Source: Octopus vulgaris (Eukaryota). Taken from it: a stretch of 64,000 nucleotides of DNA. A program made the position numbers and the translations under genes. The notes below the pieces were generated by a model that searched no databases, was not told the origin of the DNA, and saw only the letters and a list, made by a program, of their open reading frames with translations. Position 1 is the stretch's first letter. Each line of letters starts with the position of its first letter. Shown here piece by piece: positions 14,119 through 26,722 of this stretch. The stretch spans positions 22,010,001-22,074,000 of the forward strand of contig OX597818.1 in NCBI GenBank assembly GCA_951406725.2. The letters run 5' to 3'.

Positions 14119-14600
14119 CTAACTGATATAAATGCTGGTTGTTTGATATTTTCATCTGCACTTTATATCATGTATAGTGAAGGAGAGGGAAAGGCAAGAG
14201 CACATACCAGGCATGGTGACAGGCAATGAGTAAAACAATTCTATACTCACACACATACACCATACACACAGAATCAGAGAAAATGTCATAGAAACAGAGG
14301 ATGAGTAGAAGAGGGAGTAAAATGACAAGAATAGTTATACTTATGAAAAGTTTTTATTTAATTTTAAGGTGGTAAATATTTTTCATTTGAAAATTAGTGA
14401 AAATTTATATTCATTTCATCATTTTGTATAATCACTAAGAAATTTGATAAAATTTTATTATAATTATTGTATGTATATCAAATTTCCTGATATTGCCCAT
14501 GATAGCAAAAGTATACTTCCAAAGTTACAAATCTTATGACAGTTAATACTGTTGTATATGTATATAATGTGTCTATGTATGATTATCTTTTTGTTTTTAG

Positions 14601-14767
14601 GTATCGTGCAATTTATGCTTATAAACCTCAGAATGAAGATGAATTAGAACTTTGGGAAGGAGATGAAGTGTATGTGATGGAAAGGTGTGATGACGGGTGG
14701 TACGTGGGTACTTCAGGGCGTACAGGAATATTTGGGACTTTCCCAGGAAACTATATTCAACCTGTAT
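14601..14767 (+). CDS. SORBS: SORBS-family exon: C-terminal SH3 #3
   Basis: tttttAG acceptor, phase 2. Translates [55 protein letters not shown], closely resembling the third SH3 of SORBS/CAP proteins. Donor T|GTAAGT at 14768; read-through stops at 14776-78. Confidence 0.93.
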
Positions 14768-15529
14768 GTAAGTATTGATTTATTTTCCATCAAATTTTTA
14801 AACTGTGCATATATTTTCTCATCATTCACCTTTTTTTCATAAACGATGTGAGAAAGAGCCATCAAATGTTTTTTTTGAAATTATTGATTGGCTAGCCTTG
14901 CATTATTTTTTTTTTTCTTTTTCAAAAACAATTCAAACACCACTCAAACGACTTTTTTGCCTATTGACTGCTTGGATAAACTCAAATAATCAGAAATTAT
15001 GAACTCTCAATATCACATGTGAGGCCTTTCTATATTTGTATAATGTATGTAAGTGGCGAACTGGCAGGATGGTCAGCACAACGGGCAAAATGCGTAGTAG
15101 TATTTCGTATGTTTTTACGTTCTGAGTTCAAATTCCGCCGGGGTCGATTTACTTTTGTTGTGGTGCACCTGAGCACTATACAATAATTTCATTATTATAA
15201 TAAACTCTCCTGAAGTATTTTCCCTTTCTGATATTATTGATATTCATAATCAGCAATACTACATTCCATATGTGTGTGTGTGTGCGTGTGCATACATATA
15301 ATGATTACATTTTATTGCTAACTAAGTGGAATATACTCACTAATGAGGTTTCATGAGACTAAAACATGTCCTTGCTTTTACCGGTTGAGACATGATCCGC
15401 TGCATTGTCCAAAAATGTTGAATGAAATTATTGGATTATCTCCCTTACTGGTTTTAATTGCTTGGATAAAATCAGTTGATTGTTTTACAATTCCTTCTCT
15501 TTATTAACTGGGACTCTGTCACCTACAGC

Positions 15530-15830
15530 AATGAGTGTTTCAGTTGATCTGATCTAAAGAACAGCCTGCACAAGAAGATAGTGTGCAATTGACTGAGCAA
15601 TCCACAGACACATGTAATCTTAATGTAGTTCTCAGGGAGATTCAGTAGGACACAGAATGCAACAAGACTAGCCCTTTGAAATACAAGTACTAATCATTTT
15701 TGTCAGCTGAGTGGACTGGAGCAGCATAAAATAAAGTGTCTTGCTCAAGGACACAGCACACCACCAGATATCGAACTCCCAACCTTATGATCATGAACCA
15801 AATAGCCTAACCACTAAGCCACATGCCTTC
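15530..15830 (-). mobile_element. SINE family C variant (tRNA head plus conserved core); a related copy lies at ~9640-9895 (-)
   Basis: Reverse complement reads gaaggcatgtggcttagtggttagg...gagttcgat...gagcaagacactttattt...ctccagtccactcagctg. Confidence 0.75.
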
Positions 15831-16992
15831 ATAATTCATACTATTTGTGTGTGTGGGTGTGTGTGAATAGACATTATTTTTATTTTTTCCCATCAGCCAT
15901 ATTGTTGATCAAGTATTCAATTGCTTTTTATAGCCATGACCAGATTTTTTGGGTATGTTTCTCAGATGGAAACTTAAATTTGTAGTCTTATTTATAGAAA
16001 TTACATAAAATTCCATAGAATACATGAATATTTTCTATATAAGACTATATTCTAGCCTTGCTTTAATGCAGTCCAACTCTAAAAATGAAATCTTGGCCTA
16101 TCAGTTATTAAAACCATGTTATATATCTATGTATAAGCAGTGGATTTAAAGAACATCTGCCATTAATTAGTTTGATAGACTGCACCTTTTGTATAGGCAT
16201 AGGCATGGATGTGTGTTGAAAAAAGTTAACTTCCCAATCATATGATTTCAAATATAGTCCCACTGTGTGGCACATTAGACAAATATCTGCCACTATAGCC
16301 CAGGCCAATCATAGCCTTGAGAGTACATTTGGTAGATGGAAACTGAAAGAATATCATCATATATATATATAAACACATATGTGCATGTGTGTGTCTGTTT
16401 GGATACATTTGCTCTTCTCCAAAAATTATTCAGCAACAAGCAGTGGCATTGTTATAATTTCCCCTATCAACAAAACATTTCCAGGCATCGAACATGTGGA
16501 ATAAGAAATCCTTTATTTGAAATAGGTATGGATTAATGACAAGAAGAGCATTCAGCTGCAAGACAGTGCTTTAATAAGCTCATATGGAAAAACAGACATT
16601 CAGCAAACAAATTTTTTCCAGTAAATATGTGTGTGTTTCCCTGCTTTTCATGACTAGAATTAAGCAATAAGATGAATTTTCCCCCCATATTTATCACTAC
16701 AAGGTCTAATTTTGATGAATTAATATATCTTAGCTCACTATATTAAGCATGTTAGCAAACGATTATTTTGTTCTTCATTCAGCCAGCATCCTTTATTACT
16801 TTTCCACTATCCTTCTTTCATATGTGAACAGCAAAATGATCTTGTAGTTAACTTTGAATAATTTTTTATTAGACTTCTCCACAATTACACTATACCATTC
16901 TTGCATAAAACACCACTTAAGTATATTGCTATGTACAGTTATTCATGACTGGTGGTGACAGTGACTGACAACAAGGACAACAATAACAATAA

Positions 16993-17204
16993 TCCTTTCT
17001 ACTAAAGGTACAAGGCCTGAAATTTGGTGGGAGGGGACTAGTCAATTACATCAACCCCAGTTATTTCATAAGAACTTAATTTATCAACCCTGAAAGGATG
17101 AAAGGTAAAGTTGACCTCGGTGGAATTTGAACTTGGAACACTAAGACAGACAAAATACCGCTAAGCATTTTGCCTGGCATGCTCACAATTCTGCCAGCTC
17201 ACCT
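16993..17204 (-). mobile_element. SINE family A
   Basis: Near-complete reverse copy of the family A sequence. Confidence 0.8.
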
Positions 17205-18979
17205 AATGATAATAATGATAATAATGTAAATTAGATATTAACAACAGTAGCAGTGTTTGTAACAAATAATAATTAGTACACCCAACATGAATTGGATGTG
17301 CTTCTTAGATTGCCTTAACCTGCTTGTTGAGAGATACTATTTCATCTTGACAACACATGCTAATTAAGCACCAGCCAATGAAATAATCATTTACACTGGT
17401 GGATGGCATTCACTTAATTTCACCATTTCTGTGGATCATTCATGGCAGTCTACCTCTCACCAAATGCCAGAATGAAAACCAGTTGAACTGACATTGAATA
17501 ATAATGACAAACAGCTAATGACATCACAAAAAGCTGGCAGGCTATGAACAAATTAGTTATTAGCATATGTTGTCAACATGAAATAGTGTCTCTGGACATT
17601 AACAGTAGGCTAATGTGATCTAATTTAAGTTTTATGTGCTAATTATTAATAACGTAACAGCTGTGAAAAGATAAAGAGATAAAGCAATGAATAAGACTTC
17701 AGACTGCAGAGGTAGGCATGGCAGTATGTTTAAAAAAGTTTGCTCCACATCAACATAGTTTTGGGTTCAATCCTATTGCTCAGCACTACAGCTTCAAGTG
17801 AAGCAAAGTATTTTGAGTGAAATTTGATAGATGGTAACTGTTTGGAAGTCCATTGAAGGGGTGATTCCTGTTGCGGAGTGATTGACATAATTCATTACTT
17901 GGCCCTTGGGTCTCTTTAGCATAGTACCTTCAGTTCCAGTCTCAGATCTGAACATAAATCTCCTCCATCTAACTAAGCAATTAAAATTTTTTTAAAAGTC
18001 AAGTTGTAACTTCTCTTCACTACTATGCATTTATTCACCTGTGTTTATGAAATATAATCTCAAAAATTGGTTTACAAATTGTTTGATAAGTTTAAATAAC
18101 CCTACATTGAAGTTTATTGTAAATACAGCAAAATCTGAATATAACCTCCTCAGTCTAAGTGATTTAAAGTCTTAAAAAGTCAAGTTGTAATTTTTCTTAA
18201 ATACAGCAAAAGAAAAAAAATGGTGAAACTATTTGGTTAAGCAGAAATTAACTTAATGTAGTGAAACAAAAATTTCCTTAATTAAAATTATTCCTATTAT
18301 TACAGGTCATCATCTTCATCATGATCATTTGATGCCTGTTTTCCATGTTGCCATGGGTTGGACAGTATGATGGAGTCTGACGAGCTACAGAGTTGCATCA
18401 GGCTTCAATGATATCTTTGACATGGTTTCTATGACTGAATGCCCTTCTTAATGCCAACTACTTCACACTGTACTGGGAACTTTTTTTTGTGACAACTAGC
18501 AGTAGTGAGATTGTCAAGTAATTTTCAAGACAGAGTAAAGAAAAGAAAAAGAAAAAGCCCTCTTGACTGAATGAGAATGTTTTTGAAAGATGTTGGAGAT
18601 TAAAGTATGGTAGTGGGACAAGCATAGGTGTCTTGCTTTTGAGGAGATGCATGGTTACCCTGTATTATGTGAGGGTGGGTGAGGGTAGCCAGAAGATAAA
18701 TATTAAAAAATAAATCATTAGCAGTAATGATAATTTTTTTCAACAGAGCAAGAGAAACAAAATTGAAATCCCAAATCATTAAACATTGAATCAAATCATT
18801 TAGTGTGGAATAAGTCTTGTCATTAGTAACTACATTGTCAACTCCAGATATGCTTTGGTTTTCTAAGACTTCCTAAGCAATGCCTAGTTTTAAGACAATT
18901 ATAAAATGAAACAGCCACATAGTATACCCTAGACTGAATACCTCCTGTTATTTAATCACTCAGTACAATGTTCTTCTGT

Positions 18980-19317
18980 GAAGGCACATAGCTCAGTGGT
19001 TAGAGCATCAGGCTCATAATCATGAGGTATTGAGTTTGATTCCTGGACAGGACTGTGAGTTGTGTTCTTTGAGCAAGACACTTTATTTCATGTTGCTCCA
19101 GTTCACCCAACTGTAGAAATGAGTTGTGACATCACTGGTGCCAAGCTGTATCGGCCTTTCCTTTGGATAACATAGGTGGCATGGAGAGGGAGGTTGGTAT
19201 GCATAGGCAAATGCTGGTCTTCCATAAACAACCTTGCCTGGACTTGTGCCTCAGGGGGTAACTTTCTAGGTGCAATCCGATGGTCATTCATGACTGAAAG
19301 GGGTCTTTACCCTTTAC
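18980..19317 (+). mobile_element. SINE family C (tRNA-like A/B boxes); a second full copy lies at 42859-43212 (+) and a head at ~46000-46110
   Basis: gaaggcacatagctcagtggttagagc...gagtttgattcc (A and B boxes). Colinear with 42859-43212. Confidence 0.85.
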
Positions 19318-20282
19318 AATACTCTTCTAAATTATCTTTCTCAATACTACCCTGTAATTGTGTTACGTTCCATACAGTAGATGGTAATAGTTTAGTTCAC
19401 TTATTAATGTGTGCACAACATTACTATAATTTGTTATCAATTGTAATTAAGTAAAAATAGATTATTATAATTTCAAGCATCAAGTGCATCCCAAAAGCAT
19501 ATTCTTTTTCTATTTAGTCAGATGACCCATCCAGGCTGATGAAGTTGTTATTTAGTCCTAGGTCAGTTCTGATGAAGTTGGTCTTTGATGAAAGGCATTC
19601 CTTCTATGATTATTCCATCCTTTGTTTTACAACTAAATTATTCAATGTGCCTGTCCTTGTTTTTCCCTTCAGATGCCAACTTACAGATGTGCTCAAACTG
19701 AACACCAACTATCATCTCAGTAATCATAAACCGATGAAGAATCTCTATGTAGTTGCTGTACCTACTTTTCAAGATGAAACTGTCTTAAAAAGGACAGACA
19801 CATTGAATAATTTAGTCGTAAAACAAAGGATGGAGTAATCATAGCAGGAATGCCTTTCATCAAAGACCAACTTCATCAGAACTGACCTAGGACTAAATAA
19901 TGCAGTTACTAAGTGCTGGAAGCAGCAGTCACATCACTCTCAAATTACATTATCCTATTAAAAACAACAGAGAAAAAAAGGAATGGTACATTGGATAATA
20001 TAGTCTTAGATACTCATAAAAAGATAGAAGAGTTAGCTGGAATGCCTTTGACTATAGTCCTGCTCAATTATACTATAGCAGCAGCAGAAAAGAAACAGTA
20101 TGTTTGTAACTGTTCATGAGTGAACCTTTGACATACAACTAGTTAGCCTTTTTTTTTTTTTTTTTCTGTTTTTGGTTCTATTTCGGATGTTTGTCTGTAT
20201 AACAGCAGCACTGTCTTTGGTATGTGATCAGTACTCCAAAACATAAAAAATTTATCTTTTTTTTTCATTCTTTTACTTTCAG

Positions 20283-23200
20283 GATCCCAGCAATGAAAGA
20301 TTGAAGAGAACTGACTAGCTCCCCATTCAAAAACAAGACAAAAAAATAGAAAATGGAAAAAAAAGAAATGCAGAATTTATGAAGCCATACTACATATATG
20401 CCAAAATCTATTTATTTAATTTATTTTGATAATTTTTTTTAATAATCTAGAGAACTACTTGTTAATTAGGAAAACAGTTTCTTTTAAAATTCACTGGCTG
20501 TACTTTACACTGCTCAACATTTATATATAATAATTCATTAATTTCTCATAAAATATTATTTCATAGGACAGAACATTCTTCAAACTTCTTAAAATATATA
20601 CTATTGCATATGTATGCCACTGTATGTGCACTCCATACTATTTCACACGTATGTGCACATATATGTATGTTTCATTTGTAAATTGGGTTATTGAACTGAA
20701 CTTAAGGTTTTATTCAAATTACTTCATTATCAAAGGCTTTGAGCAAAACCTTAAGAACTGGATATATAATTCCATTTAACTTAATATTTGAATAATATAT
20801 TAATATATGTATGCATATATATGTGTGTGTGTCTGTATATATATATATATATATATATATAGGTACAAAATATATACATATACAATAGTATTTCTCTTAT
20901 CTACCTGACATTCTAGCTAACACACATTAAATACATCGAGTCCATTTTATTTCTACAGAGATTTATTCCAGATGCTCAGTTACTATTCTTTAATTTTTTC
21001 AAAACTTTATTTTAGTTATTTTTCTTGTAGTTTGGCTAAGATTTTTAGATCTACAAATTTTAAAGATGACTTTGACAGCTTTTGGTTCTATGTTTTTGAA
21101 ATCAACATCCGCCCCGCTTCAATATTGCACTATTTCTTTCATAATGATAACAATAATATGAATAAGGCAAGTATTTTTATCCTATGTATGTCTCTATGTA
21201 TTTATGTATATGTGTTTGTGTATAAGTTATCTATAAGTAAAAATATTTACAAAGCACACACTCACAGATGTAAACATATATTTAGTTACACAATTAAGTA
21301 ACTAACAGTGGGAAGGAGATTCAGTTGTTAAGTTTATTTAACAATGTACAAATATCAAAAAGTGAGGAAAAAAGCACTATTTTCCCCTTCCTAGAAAATA
21401 TGCTGCTCAAGCTAGCATAGTCAAATGGGTTTAAATAGTAAAACTCTAAATAATGAAGAGTTCATTTTGTTTTCGCATGTACACAGTATTCTTACTGTTG
21501 ATTCTCCTTAAGAAACCATTTTTCTCATGAACCAAATTAAAATCCCCGAACTAGTTTTAATTTGGCAATTTTCAATATCTATTTTGTTTTTAAATCATCA
21601 TCTAGTATACTTAGCATTGTATACATATTTCTTTTATTAGTCCTGTAGACTGTTTAGCTAGTGTTCTGTTTAATTAATGTTTGTTAACAGTTGAATGAGA
21701 ACTATAGTTTTCTTCTTTATTTAAAAAAAAAAACCTAACATCTCCACAATCCACTTGTAGTTCTTAACCATTGGTTTTTGTTATTGTCACCTTATTGTAT
21801 TTTTCCTTCTAGAACCTCTTTGCTGAGCACAAGCTGGCTCTTGTTGACTGCAGTACAAAAGTTCACCAATGTTTGTACTCCTGTGCTACCTAAAAGAAAT
21901 GTTCTTTCATTGACAGCACATTATGTTGTCCATATACTCAAGGTAGATTAACAGCATACATCCGATTGTATTATACATTTCCTGGTACAGATTAGCAACA
22001 TATGATGTTGTCCATATAGTGAGTGCAGATTGGCAACACATCATATTATATTGTCTATATGCTGGATGTAGATTTTTCCCCATCAACATTTCATTGCTGG
22101 TTTACCTTGTTTTTATATTATTTAATTTCTAAGGTATTCATTTTAATAACATTAAGCAAAAGCTGTCAAAGTTACAACACCACGCGAACATTTTATAGTC
22201 ATAGACTTTGCTGTGGTTAGAACAAACAGGAATTTGTGGCTTACAGTACCATCTTGCCACCAACTTATTTATATTTATTTGTATATACATGCATGGCTAC
22301 ATTTCATTTTCTTTCCTTATTTTTTTAAGCCTTAAATCAAGTTCATAACAAGGGCATATTTTTTTCCTCCCTATAATTACATTCAGACACAACAAATCCC
22401 AGACTCACTTCCAAGAACATAAATTATTTTTAAGCACTTTTTTAAATAATTCAGTCTTTACAAATATATATTTTTAATAATTATATAAAGCCTTTCAATT
22501 AGCCATACTTGGCATTCGTTATGACTATTCTTTTTTTAATTATTGTTTTTATTATTATTGTTATAAAATTTTAAAGTGTTTAAACTAAACTAAGTAAAAA
22601 TGGGAATTTCCTGTGAGGCTTACATTATGTCACACAAGTTGAGTCTTTTTCACTGTTAAGTAAATCATGGCCCAGGAATAAAGTTTTCCTTAACTAACAA
22701 AGTACTTCTTTTACCAGTAAAAGTTACAGAAAGACGATAAAGCAGCACAATTTTATAGAGTAATAATGTCGCAATGCATAGAATCATGTGCACTTTTGCA
22801 TGTGCAATTTGGAAATAAAGTTAGTGCATGATTTTAGATGGTATATTATTTGACCAGTGCAGATACAGTTAATTAGCCAATAAAGACAACTTCTTTTTAT
22901 TTTTTGTTTTGTTTTGGGTTTTTTTTTACATTAAAAAAAGTTATTTATTTTAATAAGATATATTCTCTTAGAGTAATCGAAGAGAAAGATTTTATTTAAA
23001 GTGTTGTCTTTTAATAACCACAGCTGAAAAAAAAAATATTACACCACTCTGCAATATGACTTTGAAAAGTGTTTGAATAAATTTGCAGAGGAAGGAAAAT
23101 GATAATAATATTTTATATCATCTGGACTTCTGTGGAAATAAATTGCTAAGCCAAACAAAAACCTGAAGCTGATCAACAAAGATGGGTTATTTATTGATAT

Positions 23201-23490
23201 GATAACATCATGCTTATTAGGTTAGCAACTGTTATCTGCATGAGATAATTAGTGATGCCAGTTATAACTGTTATGTTTTAGGCTGGAAGATATGAAGATC
23301 CAGTTTATTTTGGCATCTATTGCTGCTATATCTGCCAAAGCCAGTTGTTATCGCTCTTACAGTTTCATGCTTTTTCAGAACTTGACACGCAATGAATGCC
23401 TCCTACTCCACTTCAAAGAGAAATTGCATGTAGGTCTCTGTTTTTTTTATTTTTGATGGAATAAAAAAAAATAAATCTGTCATCAAAATG
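20283..23490 (+). other. SORBS: Probable terminal exon: GA completing the TGA stop, then a ~3.2 kb 3'UTR
   Basis: Long pyrimidine tract ending ttactttcAG (20281-82); T+GA gives a stop. The region is AU-rich and lacks the SINEs seen on both sides. It ends at a polyA signal. Confidence 0.7.
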
Positions 23491-23535
23491 AATTGGTTGT
23501 TTTTGAGTTTGATTTTTGGTTATTTGTTTGTGTGC
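23460..23535 (+). terminator. Polyadenylation signal with GU/U-rich downstream element
   Basis: AATAAA at 23460 and 23470, followed by ggttgtttttgagtttgatttttggttatttgtttgtgtg. SINE-rich DNA resumes immediately afterwards. Confidence 0.6.
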
Positions 23536-25170
23536 GTGTAGCCAAGATATTGGCATTCCATTCTTAATAACAATGGTTCTAACAAGGCATGTTATTTTGA
23601 GGAGAAGGGTTTGTTTATTACATTGACCACAGTTCTTGATTGGTACTTTATTTTATCAACTCCAGTGGGATGAATAGCAAAGTTGACTTCAGTGGGATTT
23701 GAACTCAGACTGCAAAGAGTCAGAAAAAATACAGTAAGGTATTTTTTCAATGTTCAAACAACTCTGCCAATGATTTCTAACAGAGAACAAAGCCAAAACT
23801 TTAGGCGGGGGGTATGCAGTTGATTAAAAGCATTCCGGTACTTGCCTGGTATTTTTCACTTGACCTTTCAATGCTAACAGCCTGGATTTGAATTCCACCT
23901 TCTTAAATTAGCACAAAACCACAGAGTTATAGAATGAGGTATAATCAATTCAATCAGCAATATATTTTGAGCATAGTGTAACTTGAACTTAAAAGATGAA
24001 GAGATATGACTAAATAAAGCAAAACATTTTATCATACATAAATCATAATGCTATTACATTTTGGACAAGAAGGGTAATCAATTTAATTAACCCTTGTACT
24101 TGACTGGTACTTTACTTTATTAACCCCAGAAAAAAGAACTCTCATGAGGACTAATGATGTATAAAAGCACTTGTAATTATATTGTTGGCAGATGAGAAAC
24201 AAAAAGTTGTTATTATTAATAGCTGAGCTGACCAGCAAAAACAACAGACTCAGCAGATGCTTAACTCATTAAATTCCTGTGTTGTAAACAAGCACTTTTT
24301 GTGGATAAACAACATACTGAAATGTCAGCAATTTTGTCTTAGGTACCTTTTGGCAGACATTAGTTTTACATGGTTTGTTTATTTACTAACTAGCCAATGG
24401 CTATAAGACATCCAATACCAATAGCTGCAGGAATTTATAACACTCAACTTCAACTATAAAATGCAACAATAAGGAATTCAATCCACTTGACAACAGCCAC
24501 TGTCCCTGTGGGCACCTCTCACAAACAACACAGACCGATTCACTAGGCTTAAATATCTTCGTTTCTGTCATTTTTGCTAATAATGAATAAATATTTTATA
24601 TTTGGAACTTCACACAGACTTGTTCATCCATCTTTCAATGCTATTTTTTCATTACAGTACCAATAATTATTTCTAACAGTTCATAGGGATTCAAATTTTG
24701 AGGGGACAAATGAGCTAGATTAAGCTGACTCCCAAGATATTCCCAAAGATATTGAAGGCAAAGTCAACCTCCGTGGCATTCAAACTTAATTTTGAGGGGA
24801 GAGGGTTTGTCAATTATATTTACTAGTATTTGGCTGATATTTTTATTTTTCTACTCCAGAGGAGTGAAAGGCAAAGCTAACCTCAGTGGATTTGAACTCA
24901 ATGTAAAGAGTCAGAACGAATACTACATGGCATTTTGTCTAATGCTCTAATGATTCTGTCAATTCATCACTCCTGCCTTTATTTATAATTATAAGACCAG
25001 AAATTTGTTGGGTAGGGCCAGTCAATTATATATCAAACTTAGTATATGACTGGTACTTTATATTTGTATCCCCAGTCATGCACTGTAGTTATCATTGACT
25101 GTTCTCACTCCACAAATTTCTGGCCTTGCGTGCATATCAAAATAATAATAATTATTATTATTATTATTAA

Positions 25171-25402
25171 GGTGGTGAGCTGATAGAATTGTTAGCATGC
25201 TGGGCAAAATGCTTAGCGGTATTTTGTCTGCCGTTACGTTCTGAGTTCAAATTCCGCCGAGGTCGACTTTGCCTTTCATCCTTTCGGGGTCGATTAAATA
25301 AGTACCAGTTACGCACTGGGGTCGATGTAATCGACTTAATCCGTGTGTCTGTCCTTGTTTGTCCCCTCTGTGTTTAGCCCCTTGTGGGTAGTAAAGAAAT
25401 AG
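25171..25402 (+). mobile_element. Young SINE family A (CpG-rich); other copies at 28765-28970, 39568-39785, 45229-45440 (+) and 52550-52735 (-)
   Basis: ggtggtgagctg..agaat...ttctgagttcaaattccgccgaggtcgactttgcctttcatcctttcggggtcgat, repeated many times across the window. Confidence 0.85.
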
Positions 25403-25509
25403 GTATTTTGTCTGTTTTTAAATTCTGAGTTCCAATGCTGTCAAAGTTGACTTTGTCTTTCATCCTTTCTGGGTACTTATTTTAATAAGTACCAGTTAAG
25501 CATACTGCA

Positions 25510-26670
25510 GGAGGTCTTGGTGATAGCACCGTTCAAACACTAGCAGTGTTGATGAAAGCAGATAAAACTTCAGGAAAAGATGGCAAAACAACAGAGATGG
25601 TAAGGTACATGGAAGAGCTATGGAAAATGCTCATTCTATGATTCAATTGCTATCTGAAGGAGGATAAAATACTCTTGCTGTGGAAAGAGTCAATTACCAT
25701 CTTGCTTCATAAGGGTGATAAAGAAAATTTAAGAAACTATCGACCCATATGCCCCATTTCTCCCCTCTATAAACTGTTTACAAAAGTCATAGTCACCGGT
25801 CTATTAATACATGTAGATGACCAGTAGATAAGGGAGCAAGCAGGTTTCCCTAAGAACTACAGTACGATGGATCACTTATTCACTAGCACAGCTAATAGAT
25901 TCAGCAAAAGAAAACAAGCTGCCTATGTGTATTGCTTTGGTCAACTACAAAAAAACGCGTCAGCAGTGTCAAAATGGAAATACACTGTTGAAGCAGTATA
26001 CACCAAACCACTTGGGGATGTGAACTCTGGATGCACCACTGATATCTCTACTATCACCACTAGTAAGAGTTCCAATTGTGAAGGGTTTCAAACAAAGAGA
26101 GACCATCTCTCGAAAGCTCTTCGCCACATATCTAGAAATGGTCATCAGAGACATTAACTGGACAAGTGGCATGAATATCAACAGTAAGTTACTAACATAC
26201 CTCCAATCCACAGGTAACATCATATTTATCGCTGAAATCATAAATCAGCTGTAGACCATGCTGACATAGCTGGACACCCATAGCTCAGCAGTAAAGCATA
26301 AAATGAAACACATGAAAATAAAATACATGCAGTCTGAAAATGTAACACAAGATCAAATAGAAGTGAACAACAATGAAATCAGAAAGTAAAGGAGTACATC
26401 TATTTAGGGAACACAGTAAATATGTGCTGAACAAGGATGCTGAAATCTCAAAAGAGAATAAGGGCAGGATGGAAGGCAGTTACCTCAATAAAGGATGTGC
26501 TCAAAGCAAAGTTGGGCAAGAGCATACATGCCAGACCCTGTCCTACCAGCACTCTTATATGAAAGTGAGACATAGACTACTACAAAGAAAGAACATCAAC
26601 TGGCTTTGTTGCAAAGGGCCATGGAAAGATCCATGTTAAGAATATCATTGCAAGAGCATATACAAAATTA
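25510..26670 (+). mobile_element. Old, degenerate RTE-clade LINE reverse-transcriptase fragment
   Basis: KTSGKDGKTTEM, WKESITILLH-KGDKENLRNYRPIC and EQAGFPKNYSTMDHLF; many stops and frameshifts. Confidence 0.75.
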
Positions 26671-26722
26671 GCTAATTCCAGTCTGATTAATACACTCACA
26701 AGCATATATTTTTTTTTTTTGT

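Noticed and set aside
18980-19055. tRNA gene
   Set aside because: It is a tRNA-derived SINE head continuing into a SINE body, without a proper cloverleaf.
19536-19600. CTGATGA motifs
   Set aside because: They are part of the SINE-derived inverted repeat arm, with no correctly placed stem II and GAAA.
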